NCBI GenBank assembly: GCA_965213705.1
Contig: OZ243913.1
Coordinates: 3,200,001-3,264,000 of the forward strand
DNA: 64,000 nucleotides
Direction of reading: 5' to 3'
Source: Trueperaceae bacterium
GTDB taxonomy: Bacteria > Deinococcota > Deinococci > Deinococcales > Trueperaceae
In this document: positions 41,994 to 52,138 of the stretch, one piece after another
How positions within the stretch are numbered: position 1 is the stretch's first letter
Layout of the letters: the number at the start of each line of letters is the position of its first letter
Notes under the pieces: model-generated
Seen by the model: only the letters and a program-made list of their open reading frames with translations
Told to the model about the DNA's origin: nothing
The model's database searches: none
Translations under genes and position numbers: made by a program

Positions 41994-42097
41994 GCGCGGC
42001 CGTCCGTTCGGGGAGTGTAGGGTTAACCCGTGCCGAGTCGCCTTTTTAACACCCGCCGCGGTGCCCACTTCCTAAGCTGGGAGGCGTCAGGGGGTTT

Positions 42098-43036
42098 ATG
42101 ACCACACGCAGCAGCTTGGCCGAGCAAGCCCTGGACGCCATGCCCCAACACGTCGCCGTACTGAACGCCGCGGGCGTCATCGACCTCGTCAACGCCGGGT
42201 GGCTGAAGTTCGCTTGTGAAAACGGTTTCTGCGAAGCCCGGAGCGAGTCGTTCGTGGGCGTCGACTATCTCCAGGTGCTCGCCGCCGCCCAGGGCGACGA
42301 AGAGGACACCTCACGGCTGTCCTACGACGGGATTCGGGCGGTCTTGCAGGGCGAGAGTTCGCACTTCTCGCTCGAGTATCCCTGCGACTCGCCCAGCGAA
42401 AAACGTTGGTTTATCGTCGACGTACGGCCGACCCTGGGACGCGACGGGGCGCTCAGCGGCGCGGTCGTGGTCCATACGGACATTACCGGCCGCAAGGCGT
42501 TGGAACAGCAGCTGGCGCAACTCGCCCACCGCGACAGCCTGACCGGGTTGGCGAGCCGCGCTTTTTTTCTGGCGCACGCCGAACGCTTGCTCAGCCTCGC
42601 CGACCGGGGCAAGCGCGCGATGCACCTCATCTACCTCGACCTAAACGGCTTCAAACCGGTCAACGACACCTACGGACACGCGGCTGGCGACTACTTGCTC
42701 GTCAAGGTCGCCGAGCGCTTTAAGAGGCGGGTGCGCGAGAGCGACCTGCTGGCCCGCTTGGGCGGCGACGAGTTCGTCGCGCTGGTCGAGGACAATACCG
42801 AGGCCATAACCGTCGGCCGCCGCTACTTAGCGACCCTCGAGGACCCTTTCAAGGTGAGCGGCCAAGAGGTGCGGGTAGGCGCGAGCGTCGGCGTCGCAAC
42901 GTTTCCACAGGACGGGCGCACTGTTCAAGAACTGCTTCACTTCGCCGACGAACTCATGTACAAAGCCAAGAAGCGCGGCGGCGGAGTGGTGACGCAGGCC
43001 GCGTCGCCCCACGCTCCCGTCGGGTGCAATCCCTGA
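42098..43036 (+). CDS. PAS-GGDEF diguanylate cyclase
   Basis: DSLTGL, DLNGFKPVND, RLGGDEF. Confidence 0.92.
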   Translation: MTTRSSLAEQALDAMPQHVAVLNAAGVIDLVNAGWLKFACENGFCEARSESFVGVDYLQVLAAAQGDEEDTSRLSYDGIRAVLQGESSHFSLEYPCDSPSEKRWFIVDVRPTLGRDGALSGAVVVHTDITGRKALEQQLAQLAHRDSLTGLASRAFFLAHAERLLSLADRGKRAMHLIYLDLNGFKPVNDTYGHAAGDYLLVKVAERFKRRVRESDLLARLGGDEFVALVEDNTEAITVGRRYLATLEDPFKVSGQEVRVGASVGVATFPQDGRTVQELLHFADELMYKAKKRGGGVVTQAASPHAPVGCNP

Positions 43037-43232
43037 GGTGTCGGCCGCCGACTTCAGCGCCCGTTTGCTAAAGTAGGCGGCGAAACCGAACGCGAGGTAC
43101 AACACCCTTTCCGTTTCATTCCCTCATCAAACGCGAGCAGAGCGAGAAGAAAACACATGAATTTCGATAAGAAGCGAACAACTCTTCTAAGGTTTACAAG
43201 CTGTAGTACCGGAATCCGTATAAACTGATGCC

Positions 43233-43451
43233 ATGAACATTTTTTCCATCATCGTAGGTGTGCTGGCACTCCTCGGCGCGTTCGTCGGTTTTATTCCCCT
43301 GTTGGGTTGGTTCAACTGGCTCGTCATTCCGCTCGCCGTCGTCGGCCTCGTGCTGGGTTTGTTGGCAAAAGAGAACGGCGGCCGCAACGTCAACATCGTC
43401 GTGTTAGTGCTGGCTGTCGTTCGTTTGTCGATAGGCGGCGGAATTTTTTAG
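43233..43451 (+). CDS. Small membrane protein
   Basis: FIPLLGWFNW..RLSIGGGIF, three hydrophobic helices; leaderless TAAACT. Confidence 0.75.
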   Translation: MNIFSIIVGVLALLGAFVGFIPLLGWFNWLVIPLAVVGLVLGLLAKENGGRNVNIVVLVLAVVRLSIGGGIF

Positions 43452-43452
43452 G

Positions 43453-44019
43453 TCAAAAGTTTTTCTCGATAAGGTCGATTTGCGTGCCGTCTTGCGTGAC
43501 GGTGCGCACCACGCCGACGCTCGGCACAAAAAACAGGTCCAGAAACGTCTGCCCGCCCGTGCTGGTGATGGTCTGCTGGCGGATTTGCAGCGCGTTGAAA
43601 CGTCCGGCCTGGGTTTGCACGCCGCTGACGGCGACTACCTCGAAAGACAAGGTGACGTCCAAGTCGCCGACTTTGGCTGTGCTTTTCCAAGCCTGCCCGA
43701 CTTGCAAAGGTGACGGGGGATAAAGGGTCAGCGGCGGTGTGTAGCCGAGCACCGACCCGCTCGCCGCCGTGCCGAGCAGAAACACGCCGCCGTCATAAAC
43801 GAGGTAGTCTTCGGACACGGGTTGGCCCGCCAAGGAATGCAAAAACACCATCAGCGAGCGGCCCTCGACCTCTCGAGGGCCGCTCAAGGTTTGGGTGTCG
43901 CCGTTGCTGTAGGTCCAGCTCAGGCCGTCGCGCGACGGGTAGTAATCCTCTTGCGCCGCCGCCAGCCCTGAAACCAGGAGCAAAACTAAAACTGCAAAAG
44001 CTGCCGAACGCCTGCGCAT
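43453..44019 (-). CDS. Secreted hypothetical protein
   Basis: Signal peptide, YYP..G.SWTY, AGRF, VGVV; coupled to proC. Confidence 0.75.
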   Translation of the reverse strand: MRRRSAAFAVLVLLLVSGLAAAQEDYYPSRDGLSWTYSNGDTQTLSGPREVEGRSLMVFLHSLAGQPVSEDYLVYDGGVFLLGTAASGSVLGYTPPLTLYPPSPLQVGQAWKSTAKVGDLDVTLSFEVVAVSGVQTQAGRFNALQIRQQTITSTGGQTFLDLFFVPSVGVVRTVTQDGTQIDLIEKNF

Positions 44020-44804
44020 CAGCTTTCCTCCCGGCTGAGGTCGGCGGCGCGTCGGCTCGCCGCTTCGATGGCGTCTATCAGGCCGTAACGCACCCCGTGC
44101 CGCTCCAGCGCCTTGACGCCCGCAATCGCGGTGCCCCCGGCGCTGGCAACTTCGTCTTTGAGGTCAGCGGGGTGGCGGTCTTCTAAAAGTTTGGCGGTCG
44201 CCAACAACACTTGCCGCGCCAAGTCCCTCGCCACGCTGCGGTTGAAGCCGACCCGCACACCGCCGTCGGCAATCGCCTCGGCGACCACGGCGGCAAAAGC
44301 CGGTCCCGAGCCCGCCAAACCGGTAAAAGCGTCGAAGAGCGTTTCCGGCACGTGGTAAACCGTGCCCACGGCGGTAAACAGCAGGTCGGCCAGCGCCAGG
44401 TCGTCGGGGGTGGCTTGGGGCAGACTTGCCAGGGCGGTCGCGCTCAAGCCCACCCGCGCGCCCAAGTTCGGCATGGCCCGCACCACCCGGTTGCTGCCCA
44501 CCCGGCGCGCAATGCTCAAAGCCGAGACACCGGCCATAAGGGAAATATACGAGGCGTTGCGCTGCGCAATCAGCGGCGCGACGTCGTCGAAATACTGGGG
44601 CTTGACCGAAATCAGCACGCGCTCGGCGTGGTGAATCGCGTTGTCGTCCAGGCCGGTGACGCCGTAGTGCTCGCTCAAGACGCGCAAACGCTGCGCGTCC
44701 GGGTGATAAATCCCGACGTCGTCCGCTTGCAACACGCCCGCGCGCAACGCGCCTGTCAAAACGGCCCCGCCCATCTTGCCCGCACCGACGATGGCGAGTT
44801 TCAC
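44019..44804 (-). CDS. proC: Pyrroline-5-carboxylate reductase
   Basis: GAGKMG, VKPQ, RAMPN, GSGPA, VASAGGT. Confidence 0.95.
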   Translation of the reverse strand: MKLAIVGAGKMGGAVLTGALRAGVLQADDVGIYHPDAQRLRVLSEHYGVTGLDDNAIHHAERVLISVKPQYFDDVAPLIAQRNASYISLMAGVSALSIARRVGSNRVVRAMPNLGARVGLSATALASLPQATPDDLALADLLFTAVGTVYHVPETLFDAFTGLAGSGPAFAAVVAEAIADGGVRVGFNRSVARDLARQVLLATAKLLEDRHPADLKDEVASAGGTAIAGVKALERHGVRYGLIDAIEAASRRAADLSREES

Positions 44805-44992
44805 AGGGTCACGCCGGTCGAGTGCCGGGCGGCCTCGAGAGCAAAAACTTCGCGAGAAAAGACGGTACCGAGGACCGCGTAAAAAGTACCAAGTGAGTAA
44901 AGGGCGCTTTTGCCCTTACCCGTCGGCTTCACACCCCTACCCAAACGGTCGTGCAGTTGAATCATGTCGGACGCTCCAAAAACGCCCCGCCA

Positions 44993-45358
44993 CTATACCG
45001 GGTTTGCGGGCACACCACGGCGCTGAGTCAAATACCTCACAAAAAAGACGAACAACGCCGCGCCGAGCGTGTCGGCTAAAAGGTCGAGAGCGTCCACGCT
45101 GCGCCCCGGCACGAAGCCCTGGTGCAACTCGTCGCTCGCCCCGTAGAGGACGGTCAAAACAAGAGCGACGCCCACCCGCCCCGACGCCATGTACAAAAAC
45201 GCGCCGAGCACGCCGAACGCCGTGGCGTGCGCGAGCTTGTCTCCGTAGGGCAGCAGCACCAGCAAACTCGCCCCGCCGCGCGCGTCGGGCGAGCTGGAAA
45301 GCCAAAAAATCAGCCCGGCCCACACCAGAGAAAGCGTCCACCAAACAATTTTAGGCAT
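44993..45358 (-). CDS. VanZ-like membrane protein
   Basis: DKLAH..AFG, YGASDELHQ.FVPGR, DLLAD. Confidence 0.88.
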   Translation of the reverse strand: MPKIVWWTLSLVWAGLIFWLSSSPDARGGASLLVLLPYGDKLAHATAFGVLGAFLYMASGRVGVALVLTVLYGASDELHQGFVPGRSVDALDLLADTLGAALFVFFVRYLTQRRGVPANPV

Positions 45359-45773
45359 GTTCGACAAGTTCGACCAGGGTGCCGCCCGTCCACTTCGGGT
45401 GCAAAAACACGACCCGCGTGCCCGCCCGGCCCGGCCTGGGTTCCAGGTTGACAAAGCGCGCGCCTGCGGCGCTCAACCTTGCAACCTCGGCGGTCACGTC
45501 ATCCACGCGCAGCGCGACGTGGTGCAGACCGGAGCCGCGTTTGGCTAAAAAGGTTGCGATAGGACTTCCCGGCGCAGTCGGCTCGAGCAGCTCTAGCAAG
45601 CTCGCCCCCACCTGCAACGCCCGCACCCGGACGTGCTGCGACACGACGACCTCGTCCTCTCCTACCTGAACCAACCCGAGGAGCCGATACGGCGCGGAGG
45701 CTGCCTCCAAGTCCGAAACAGCTATGCCGACGTGGTCGAGCGGCAAGCCGCTGAGCTTGTCCGGCAGCGTCAC
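45351..45773 (-). CDS. mce: Methylmalonyl-CoA epimerase (VOC family)
   Basis: DHVGIAV, ELLEP..SPI..FL.KRG.GLHH, FLHPK..GG.LVEL. Confidence 0.88.
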   Translation of the reverse strand: MTLPDKLSGLPLDHVGIAVSDLEAASAPYRLLGLVQVGEDEVVVSQHVRVRALQVGASLLELLEPTAPGSPIATFLAKRGSGLHHVALRVDDVTAEVARLSAAGARFVNLEPRPGRAGTRVVFLHPKWTGGTLVELVEHA

Positions 45774-46090
45774 GCAGGTTTGGGGGCCATCACGACGAGC
45801 AGCACGAGGTCGCTGTCCGCGTGGTTGGCGACGCCGTGGGGCGTCCCGGCGCGAGCGATGACGGCCGTACCTTCGGGCAGCAAGTCCTGCTCGCCACCGA
45901 TGTCGAACATCGCCTCGCCCTCTAAGACCACGTAAACTTTGTCCTCGGTGTCGTGGCTGTGAACCCGCTGCGCCTGGCCGGGCCGCAAACAGTACTGGTC
46001 GAACAACATCTTGTCGGAGTCGAAAACGGGGACTTTTTGCATTTTCTCGTCACCGAACCGGCGGTTGTCGTTCAAGTTGACATAGTCCAT
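45770..46090 (-). CDS. Cupin domain protein
   Basis: PGQAQ.VHSH..DKVY.VLEG, PHGV.N. Confidence 0.85.
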   Translation of the reverse strand: MDYVNLNDNRRFGDEKMQKVPVFDSDKMLFDQYCLRPGQAQRVHSHDTEDKVYVVLEGEAMFDIGGEQDLLPEGTAVIARAGTPHGVANHADSDLVLLVVMAPKPA

Positions 46091-46228
46091 GCCGGACAGC
46101 ATACCGCACGGCTTCGCTGTTCATACCGGGGCTCGAGAGACGCGTTTTCATCCGCCGATTTGTCCACCGAGCAGTTTGGGGTGGAAAAGTAGGGGAGTAG
46201 AAGGTGGGGAGTAGGAGTAACAGTTTAA

Positions 46229-46294
46229 GCGGATGCTGCGCTTTTTTGGGCGGATGCTACCACGCTCTTTTGGGCGGATGCTGCGCTCCTTTGC
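46229..46294. repeat. 3 x ~21-24-bp tandem repeat
   Basis: GCGGATGCT...CGCTYTTTTGG units. Confidence 0.8.
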
Positions 46295-46319
46295 AGCCTG
46301 ACTTCCCTACCCCACTCCC

Positions 46320-47360
46320 CTACCTGCTCAGCTCACCGCGCAAGTTTTGGCCCACCTGCTCGCGCACCTCGGACACGCTCAGGTCGCAACTGAACAGGTA
46401 CAAGAGTTTTGTCAGCGCGGCCTCGGGGGTGAGGTCGTAGCCGCTGACGACGCCTGCGGCTTCGAGCGCGCCGCCGGTCGCGTAACCGCTCATGTCCACG
46501 CCGCCGTACAAGCACTGGGTACAATTGACGATGACCACGCCGCGCTCGCTCGCTGCACGCAACACGTCCAACAACTCGGTGTCGGCGGCGGGCGCGTTGC
46601 CCGCGCCATAAGTCTCGAGCACCAAGGCTTGCAAGGGCTCTGCGACCGAACGCACGCTCGCCGCGCCGATGCCCGGAAACAGCCGCAGCGCCGCGACCTG
46701 CGCGGCTTGAAAAGTTTGCACGGTAAGCGGCCCTGCGGACCGGTGCAGCAAACGCTCGTCTATTTCGACGTCCACCCCCACCCGCCCGAGCGGCGGAAAG
46801 TTCGGCGAGGCGAACGCGCCGAAGCCGCCGACCGACATTTTCGTGCTGCGGTTGCCGCGCAGCAGCAAACCGCCGAAGTACAAACAAACCTCCGGCACCG
46901 CGTAGTGTGCGGCCAACAGCAGCGAGGTGATGAGGTTTTCGCGCGCGTCGCTGCGCACTTCGGCAAGGGGGATTTGTGACCCCGTCAGGATGACCGGTTT
47001 GCCGAGCCCCCCCAGCATGAACGACAGGGCCGAAGCCGTGTAAGCCATCGTGTCGGTGCCGTGGATAATCACGAAGCCGTCGTAGGCGTCGTACGTGTCG
47101 GCAACGTCCGCGGCGATGCGCTGCCAAACGCGCGGGCTCATGTTGGCGGAGTCGAGGAGCGGACGGTACTCGGTCAAGGTGTAAGCGGGTAACTCTTCAC
47201 GGGTCAGCTCGGGCATGGCCGCCAAGCGCTCGCCTAAGTAACCGGGCACCGGCGCGTAGCTGCCAGCCACCTTTTTCATGCCGATGGTGCCGCCCGTGTA
47301 GAGGATATGAACGCGCTTTGCCGTCGCCACCTTTGCCATCGCCACCTTTGCCATCGCCAC
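46320..47360 (-). CDS. ansA: Type I L-asparaginase
   Basis: YTGGTIGM, HGTDTM, TGSQ, RGNR, YGAGN; the start is blurred by a 15-bp duplication (VAMAK). Confidence 0.93.
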   Translation of the reverse strand: MAMAKVAMAKVATAKRVHILYTGGTIGMKKVAGSYAPVPGYLGERLAAMPELTREELPAYTLTEYRPLLDSANMSPRVWQRIAADVADTYDAYDGFVIIHGTDTMAYTASALSFMLGGLGKPVILTGSQIPLAEVRSDARENLITSLLLAAHYAVPEVCLYFGGLLLRGNRSTKMSVGGFGAFASPNFPPLGRVGVDVEIDERLLHRSAGPLTVQTFQAAQVAALRLFPGIGAASVRSVAEPLQALVLETYGAGNAPAADTELLDVLRAASERGVVIVNCTQCLYGGVDMSGYATGGALEAAGVVSGYDLTPEAALTKLLYLFSCDLSVSEVREQVGQNLRGELSR

Positions 47361-47364
47361 AGCG

Positions 47365-48279
47365 TCAGGCGGTCGGGAGGAATTCAGAGGCTCGAGGTCT
47401 AGTCGGAACCACCCCGTAAGCCACCCGGTTTTTGCCCCTGTGCTTTACCCGGTACATAAGGGTGTCCGCCGCGCCGAGCAGGTCTTCCACGCTGTCCGGC
47501 GGTTCTAAAAACGTCACAATGCCGATGCTGAAGGTGACCGGCCAGCCGCGCTCGCGCATTTTTGCGAGCAGCGAGGTTTGGGCTTTGGCGAACGCCCGGC
47601 GTGCGTCTTCAGGCCGGGTTTCTACCATAAAGACGGCAAACTCGTCGCCGCCCAAGCGCGCAACCCGGTCGGTTTTACGCATCACTTGCTGCAGCGTCAC
47701 CACGACTTGCCGCAACAGCTCGTCCCCGACGGCGTGACCTGAGTGGTCGTTGACGTGTTTGAAATTGTCGAGGTCGATATAAGCGACGCTCAAAGGATGC
47801 GAGTAGCGCTGAGCCCGGTCGAGTTCGTACTCGGCGAATTCCTTTAGGGCGAGCTTGTTCAGCGCGCCGGTCAGCGGGTCGGTGCGCGACAAGGCGTGCT
47901 CGCGCGCCAGCAACGACCGCACAAACGCCGTCAAATAGCTCACGATGACAAAGTAAACAAAACGCAGCAGCGCGTTCCAGTAGGGAACGAGCAGGTTGGT
48001 GTAGACGGTACCGCCAGCTAAATCCGCCCAGAGCCAACACACCATGCCGACGCTCGCCAAAATCATGGCCCAGCGCCCGGTGACGACCCAGGCAGTGAGC
48101 ACAATCGGGATGAGGTAAAAAATCGCGATAGAAAGTTCCGGCCCGGTCCAGTAGTCGACCAGGCCCAAAAACCCTATCATGACGAGCGACAACATCAGGG
48201 TGACGTGACGCGGGCGACCTTCCAGGTAGTCGAGGGCGCGAAAGACGGTGGGGGTACGACCCAGCACGACTTTCAGCAT
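47365..48279 (-). CDS. Membrane-anchored GGDEF diguanylate cyclase
   Basis: Four TMs, TDPLTG, DLDNFKHVND, RLGGDEF. Confidence 0.9.
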   Translation of the reverse strand: MLKVVLGRTPTVFRALDYLEGRPRHVTLMLSLVMIGFLGLVDYWTGPELSIAIFYLIPIVLTAWVVTGRWAMILASVGMVCWLWADLAGGTVYTNLLVPYWNALLRFVYFVIVSYLTAFVRSLLAREHALSRTDPLTGALNKLALKEFAEYELDRAQRYSHPLSVAYIDLDNFKHVNDHSGHAVGDELLRQVVVTLQQVMRKTDRVARLGGDEFAVFMVETRPEDARRAFAKAQTSLLAKMRERGWPVTFSIGIVTFLEPPDSVEDLLGAADTLMYRVKHRGKNRVAYGVVPTRPRASEFLPTA

Positions 48280-48399
48280 AGACCGCGGTCGGGCCGAGCC
48301 CTGCGATACTCTTAACATTTAGGCGCTCCGTGCGGCGCGATTTACCGGTTGCCGCCACACCTTCTTGAAGCGCTCGAGCGGGCAGGCTGCCCTAACCCG

Positions 48400-48466
48400 G
48401 TCCTTACCTACACAGTCCTTATCTACACAGTTTTTATCTACCCAATCCTCTTTTATCTACACAGCC
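48400..48466. repeat. About 4 x 15-bp tandem repeat
   Basis: GTCCTTATCTACACA-like units. Confidence 0.8.
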
Positions 48467-48467
48467 C

Positions 48468-49022
48468 TCAGATGCAAGCCTTGTCTTCTAAAAGCATGGT
48501 GGGCGTGTTGTTGGGCACTTTGTCGCGGCGCCGCTGCGCAGCTTCCTGCACCGCCTCGGCTAAAACCTCTTTGGTTTCGGGATAGGGAATAACGACGGCG
48601 TAAGGTAACTCGCGTTCGTCGACCACCAAATTCTCGTTTAGGCGGTCGGGAAAGCCGTTTTGTTCGTAACTTTTCAGCATCACCGCGACTACTCCGTTGG
48701 GCAGGTTGCCGCGGTCGGCGGCGGTCACCATTGCGTCACCCGCGCCGTGCAAAGACGCCATAAGTTCTAAGTCCACGGCGCGCTTGGCGAAAGTACACTT
48801 GCCGAGCAGGACAAGCGTCACCGTAGCGTCTTTTAAGAACTGTTCGCGCAGGTGGTGGATGACCTCGTGCTTGTCAGGATTTTTGACGATGTCCACGGGC
48901 AGTTCTTCAAAGTTGCGGTGCAAAACCGAGTCGTTGAGAAAGTCGAACTCTTTCAAAAACGCCTCGACTTCGGCGCGGTCGTCCGGGTCGTAGCTCAGGT
49001 AAACTTTTTCGGTAAAGTCCAT
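48468..49022 (-). CDS. TIR-like domain protein (DUF1863/MTH538/ThsB-like)
   Basis: KVYLSY..DD, LKDATVTLVLLG..T..R.VD.EL.ASL, PNG, P.RL..N; GGAGG RBS. Confidence 0.75.
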   Translation of the reverse strand: MDFTEKVYLSYDPDDRAEVEAFLKEFDFLNDSVLHRNFEELPVDIVKNPDKHEVIHHLREQFLKDATVTLVLLGKCTFAKRAVDLELMASLHGAGDAMVTAADRGNLPNGVVAVMLKSYEQNGFPDRLNENLVVDERELPYAVVIPYPETKEVLAEAVQEAAQRRRDKVPNNTPTMLLEDKACI

Positions 49023-49097
49023 GTTGCCTCCTCCAGCAGCCTATGTCGCGCGGCGACGGCACACTGTAAGCGAACACCGGAGCAAACCAGCGAAGTC

Positions 49098-49670
49098 TCA
49101 GCGAATACCCGGCGGCACCTGCGTGGGCGGCGGCTCGGGCAGGTTTTTGGGCATGGGCACGCCGTCAAGTATTTTGACGACGCCGTTCTCGTTGCAGCCT
49201 ACGAAAAACGGACAGCGCAGACACTCCGACCAGACCCTCGGGTGCAACTCTTTCGTCTTGTCGATGAGCCGGTAACCGCACTTCTCAAAAAACTCGACCG
49301 AGTACGTCCAGGCGAACACGGTCGGAATCCCCACGCGCCGCGCTTCGGCCTCACACGCCCCGACGAGCGCGCGCCCGACGCCCTTCGCGACCACGTCGGG
49401 CCGCACCGCCAGACCGCGCACCTCGGCGATGTCGCCCCAGAGGATGTGGAGCGCGCCGTTGCCCGCGAACACCGGGCCTTCGTCGGTTTCAAGCTCGGCC
49501 ACGAAAAAGTCGCGCAGGTTCTCAAAGATGTTTTGCATCGGGCGGACCAACATTTTGCCCTGGTGCGCCCAGTAGCCGATATTTTCAAAAATGAAAGGCA
49601 CGTCCTCGGAGGCGGCGGGGCGCACGGTAACGACGGACCCAGAGATATTTTCGACAACCGGACTCTTCAC
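49098..49670 (-). CDS. Short N-acetylglutamate synthase-like GNAT acetyltransferase
   Basis: G.ML.R, IFENLRDF, LHILW.DIAEVR.LAV, WSEC..C; directly after argH. Confidence 0.82.
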   Translation of the reverse strand: MKSPVVENISGSVVTVRPAASEDVPFIFENIGYWAHQGKMLVRPMQNIFENLRDFFVAELETDEGPVFAGNGALHILWGDIAEVRGLAVRPDVVAKGVGRALVGACEAEARRVGIPTVFAWTYSVEFFEKCGYRLIDKTKELHPRVWSECLRCPFFVGCNENGVVKILDGVPMPKNLPEPPPTQVPPGIR

Positions 49671-49673
49671 GCT

Positions 49674-51080
49674 TCAACCTCCGGCAAGTGCTTCTTTAGC
49701 ATAGATGATTTGCCGCTCGACCTGCGCCGCGGAGGTGCCGCCGTAGCTGTTGCGTGCGTTGACGACCGCCTCGAGCCGCAACACCTCATAAACGTCTTCT
49801 TCAACAAGTGAGGACGCCGAACGCAGACTTTCTAAACTCAAGTCTTGCAAGTCTTTACCCTCCTTTACCCCGAGCGCCACGAGCTTGCCCACGGTCTCGT
49901 GCGCCTCGCGGAAGGGCAGGCCTTTTTTCGCCAAGTAGTCCGCCAAATCGGTCGCGTTCGAGTAGGCGCGGCCCGCGGCGTGATACATGCGCTCCTTGTT
50001 GAGACGCATCTTCGGCAACATGCTCACCGTGAGCTTCAAGCAAACCGAGAGCGTCGCGGCCGTGTCAAACACGCCCTCTTTGTCCTCCTGCATGTCCTTG
50101 TTGTAGGCGAGCGGCAAGCCTTTCATGACGGTCAACAGCGCCATGAGGTTGCCGTAAACGCGGCCCGTCTTGCCCCGAACGAGTTCGGACACGTCCGGGT
50201 TTTTCTTTTGCGGCATGATTGAGCTGCCCGTCGTGTGCGAGTCCGGCAGCGTCACAAAGCCGAATTCTTGGCTCGACCAGAGGATGAGTTCTTCGCTAAG
50301 GCGCGACAGGTGCATCATCAGGATGCTGGCGGCGCTGAGAAACTCCAAAGCGAAATCCCGGTCGGACACGGCGTCCAGTGAGTTGCGCGCGGGTTCGGAA
50401 AAAGAGAGCAACGCCGCAGTCCTCGCCCGGTCGATTGGAAACCCCGTTCCCGCCAGCGCGCCCGCACCCAGGGGCGAAACGTTCAGGCGTTTCAGCGAGT
50501 CCGTAAACCGCCCCTGGTCGCGCGTAAACATTTCATAGTAAGCGAGCACGTGGTGTGAGAATAAAACTGGCTGCGCCACTTGCAGGTGCGTGTAACCGGG
50601 CATGATGGCGTCCAGGTTGGCTTCAGCAAGGTCTACGAAGACGGCTCGAGTAGCTGTAAGCAAGTCTATCAACTCATACGTTTTTTCCCGCAGCCACAGC
50701 CGAAAATCCGTCGCCACCTGGTCGTTGCGGCTGCGCGCCGTGTGAAGCTTGCCGCCCACCGCGCCGACCCGCTCGGTGAGCGCACGTTCGATGTTCATGT
50801 GAACGTCCTCGAGGTCGACTTGCCACTCAAAGGTTCCGGCCTCGATGTCGGCGCGGACGCTTTCCAAACCACCGATGATTCGCTCGGCCTCGTCACTCGT
50901 CAAAACAGCTTGTTCGGCCAGCATTTTCGCGTGGGCGGTGGAGCCCTGAATGTCTTGCAGAGCCAAAGCTTTATCGACCTCTATAGAAGCGTTGAACTGC
51001 TGCACGAGCGCGTCGGTTTCCTCTGCGAAGCGCCCGCCCCACATACGTTTTGCTTCAGTTCGGTGCTTTGGCTTTGTCAT
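49674..51080 (-). CDS. argH: Argininosuccinate lyase
   Basis: [33 protein letters not shown]. Confidence 0.97.
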   Translation of the reverse strand: MTKPKHRTEAKRMWGGRFAEETDALVQQFNASIEVDKALALQDIQGSTAHAKMLAEQAVLTSDEAERIIGGLESVRADIEAGTFEWQVDLEDVHMNIERALTERVGAVGGKLHTARSRNDQVATDFRLWLREKTYELIDLLTATRAVFVDLAEANLDAIMPGYTHLQVAQPVLFSHHVLAYYEMFTRDQGRFTDSLKRLNVSPLGAGALAGTGFPIDRARTAALLSFSEPARNSLDAVSDRDFALEFLSAASILMMHLSRLSEELILWSSQEFGFVTLPDSHTTGSSIMPQKKNPDVSELVRGKTGRVYGNLMALLTVMKGLPLAYNKDMQEDKEGVFDTAATLSVCLKLTVSMLPKMRLNKERMYHAAGRAYSNATDLADYLAKKGLPFREAHETVGKLVALGVKEGKDLQDLSLESLRSASSLVEEDVYEVLRLEAVVNARNSYGGTSAAQVERQIIYAKEALAGG

Positions 51081-51152
51081 CCGTTTTCCCTTTTTGTCCT
51101 GAATTTGTCAAAAGTTTGGGCGTTGGTCGCCGGGCTCGAGACCCAAGCTCCA

Positions 51153-51710
51153 TCACCGACTGCCGTTCAAACTGAGAACCTGTTTGAGATAGTGTGCGGG
51201 TACGTGCTCGCTGAGCCAAACACCGTTACTCGAGCGGTAAAACGTATACCTGTCTTCGTGCATACGACCCGCCTCGACGCTCAGAACCACAGGTTTACCA
51301 TGCCGCCGGCCGACTTGCAGCGCCGTCGCCTCATCCACCGAAAGATGAACGTGCTGACGGCTGCCCTTGACCAGACCCTCTTGAAGAATGGCGTCTAGGA
51401 AACGCGTCGCCGTACCGTGATAGAGCCGGTCCGGTGGCGTCCGGGGCTCGAGGCCCAAGTCGACCTCTAAAGAATGCCCCTGATTCGCCCGAATATACAC
51501 GCCGTCCTCACTGAAAGCGAAACGCTTTTTGTCGCTTGTCGCCACGACGTGCTCGAGCTGTTCCCGGCTCATAGAAGTACCGGCTTCCGCCATTTTTGCA
51601 ATCAAGTCGTCAACCTCGGCCCAACCCTGCGCATCAAGCGTCAAACCAATCGTTTGAGGCTTGTGCCGGAGCATGAGGCTGAGAAACTTGCTGAGGCGGA
51701 CATCGGTCAT
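51153..51710 (-). CDS. kptA: RNA 2'-phosphotransferase (KptA/Tpt1)
   Basis: [37 protein letters not shown]. Confidence 0.93.
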   Translation of the reverse strand: MTDVRLSKFLSLMLRHKPQTIGLTLDAQGWAEVDDLIAKMAEAGTSMSREQLEHVVATSDKKRFAFSEDGVYIRANQGHSLEVDLGLEPRTPPDRLYHGTATRFLDAILQEGLVKGSRQHVHLSVDEATALQVGRRHGKPVVLSVEAGRMHEDRYTFYRSSNGVWLSEHVPAHYLKQVLSLNGSR

Positions 51711-51721
51711 GGGTTTGCGCG

Positions 51722-52138
51722 TCACTTGGCCCGCCACACCGGAACTTGCATTACGTCGAAGTGGTGGTCGAACGTCCAAACCGGCACGCTGAAGCGTTCG
51801 GCCAGTACGGCCGTCGAAGCGTCGACCAAGCTGATGCGCTGGTCGGTAAAGCGGCGCACTAAAACGGCTGCCAAACCGTAATCCTCGGGGGTGGGATTTA
51901 GCGGCGTCAATCCGTGTAGGACGACCTCGAGCCAGCGGTGAGCGACCGACAGCCGTAAAGCTCGGTAGAGTAGGTTGTAACACTCCAAAACAACCGGATA
52001 GCTCAAAGTCACGACGTATCCCTGCGTGACGAGGGACTGAAATTCTTGGGTGGCGCGCTCGTGGTACTGGTCGGATGCGTCCGTCAAAGCGTAAAGCGGC
52101 CCCGTATCGGCCATGACTGCACCGGGTAGAACAGTCAA
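51722..52138 (-). CDS. vapC: VapC-type PIN toxin
   Basis: DTGPLYA..D..D.YH, E in helix 2, SLVDA, TFD.HF. Confidence 0.88.
   Translation of the reverse strand: MTVLPGAVMADTGPLYALTDASDQYHERATQEFQSLVTQGYVVTLSYPVVLECYNLLYRALRLSVAHRWLEVVLHGLTPLNPTPEDYGLAAVLVRRFTDQRISLVDASTAVLAERFSVPVWTFDHHFDVMQVPVWRAK

Noticed and set aside
48468..49022. Complete Thoeris system
   Set aside because: No ThsA (SIR2-SLOG or TM-macro) gene is adjacent
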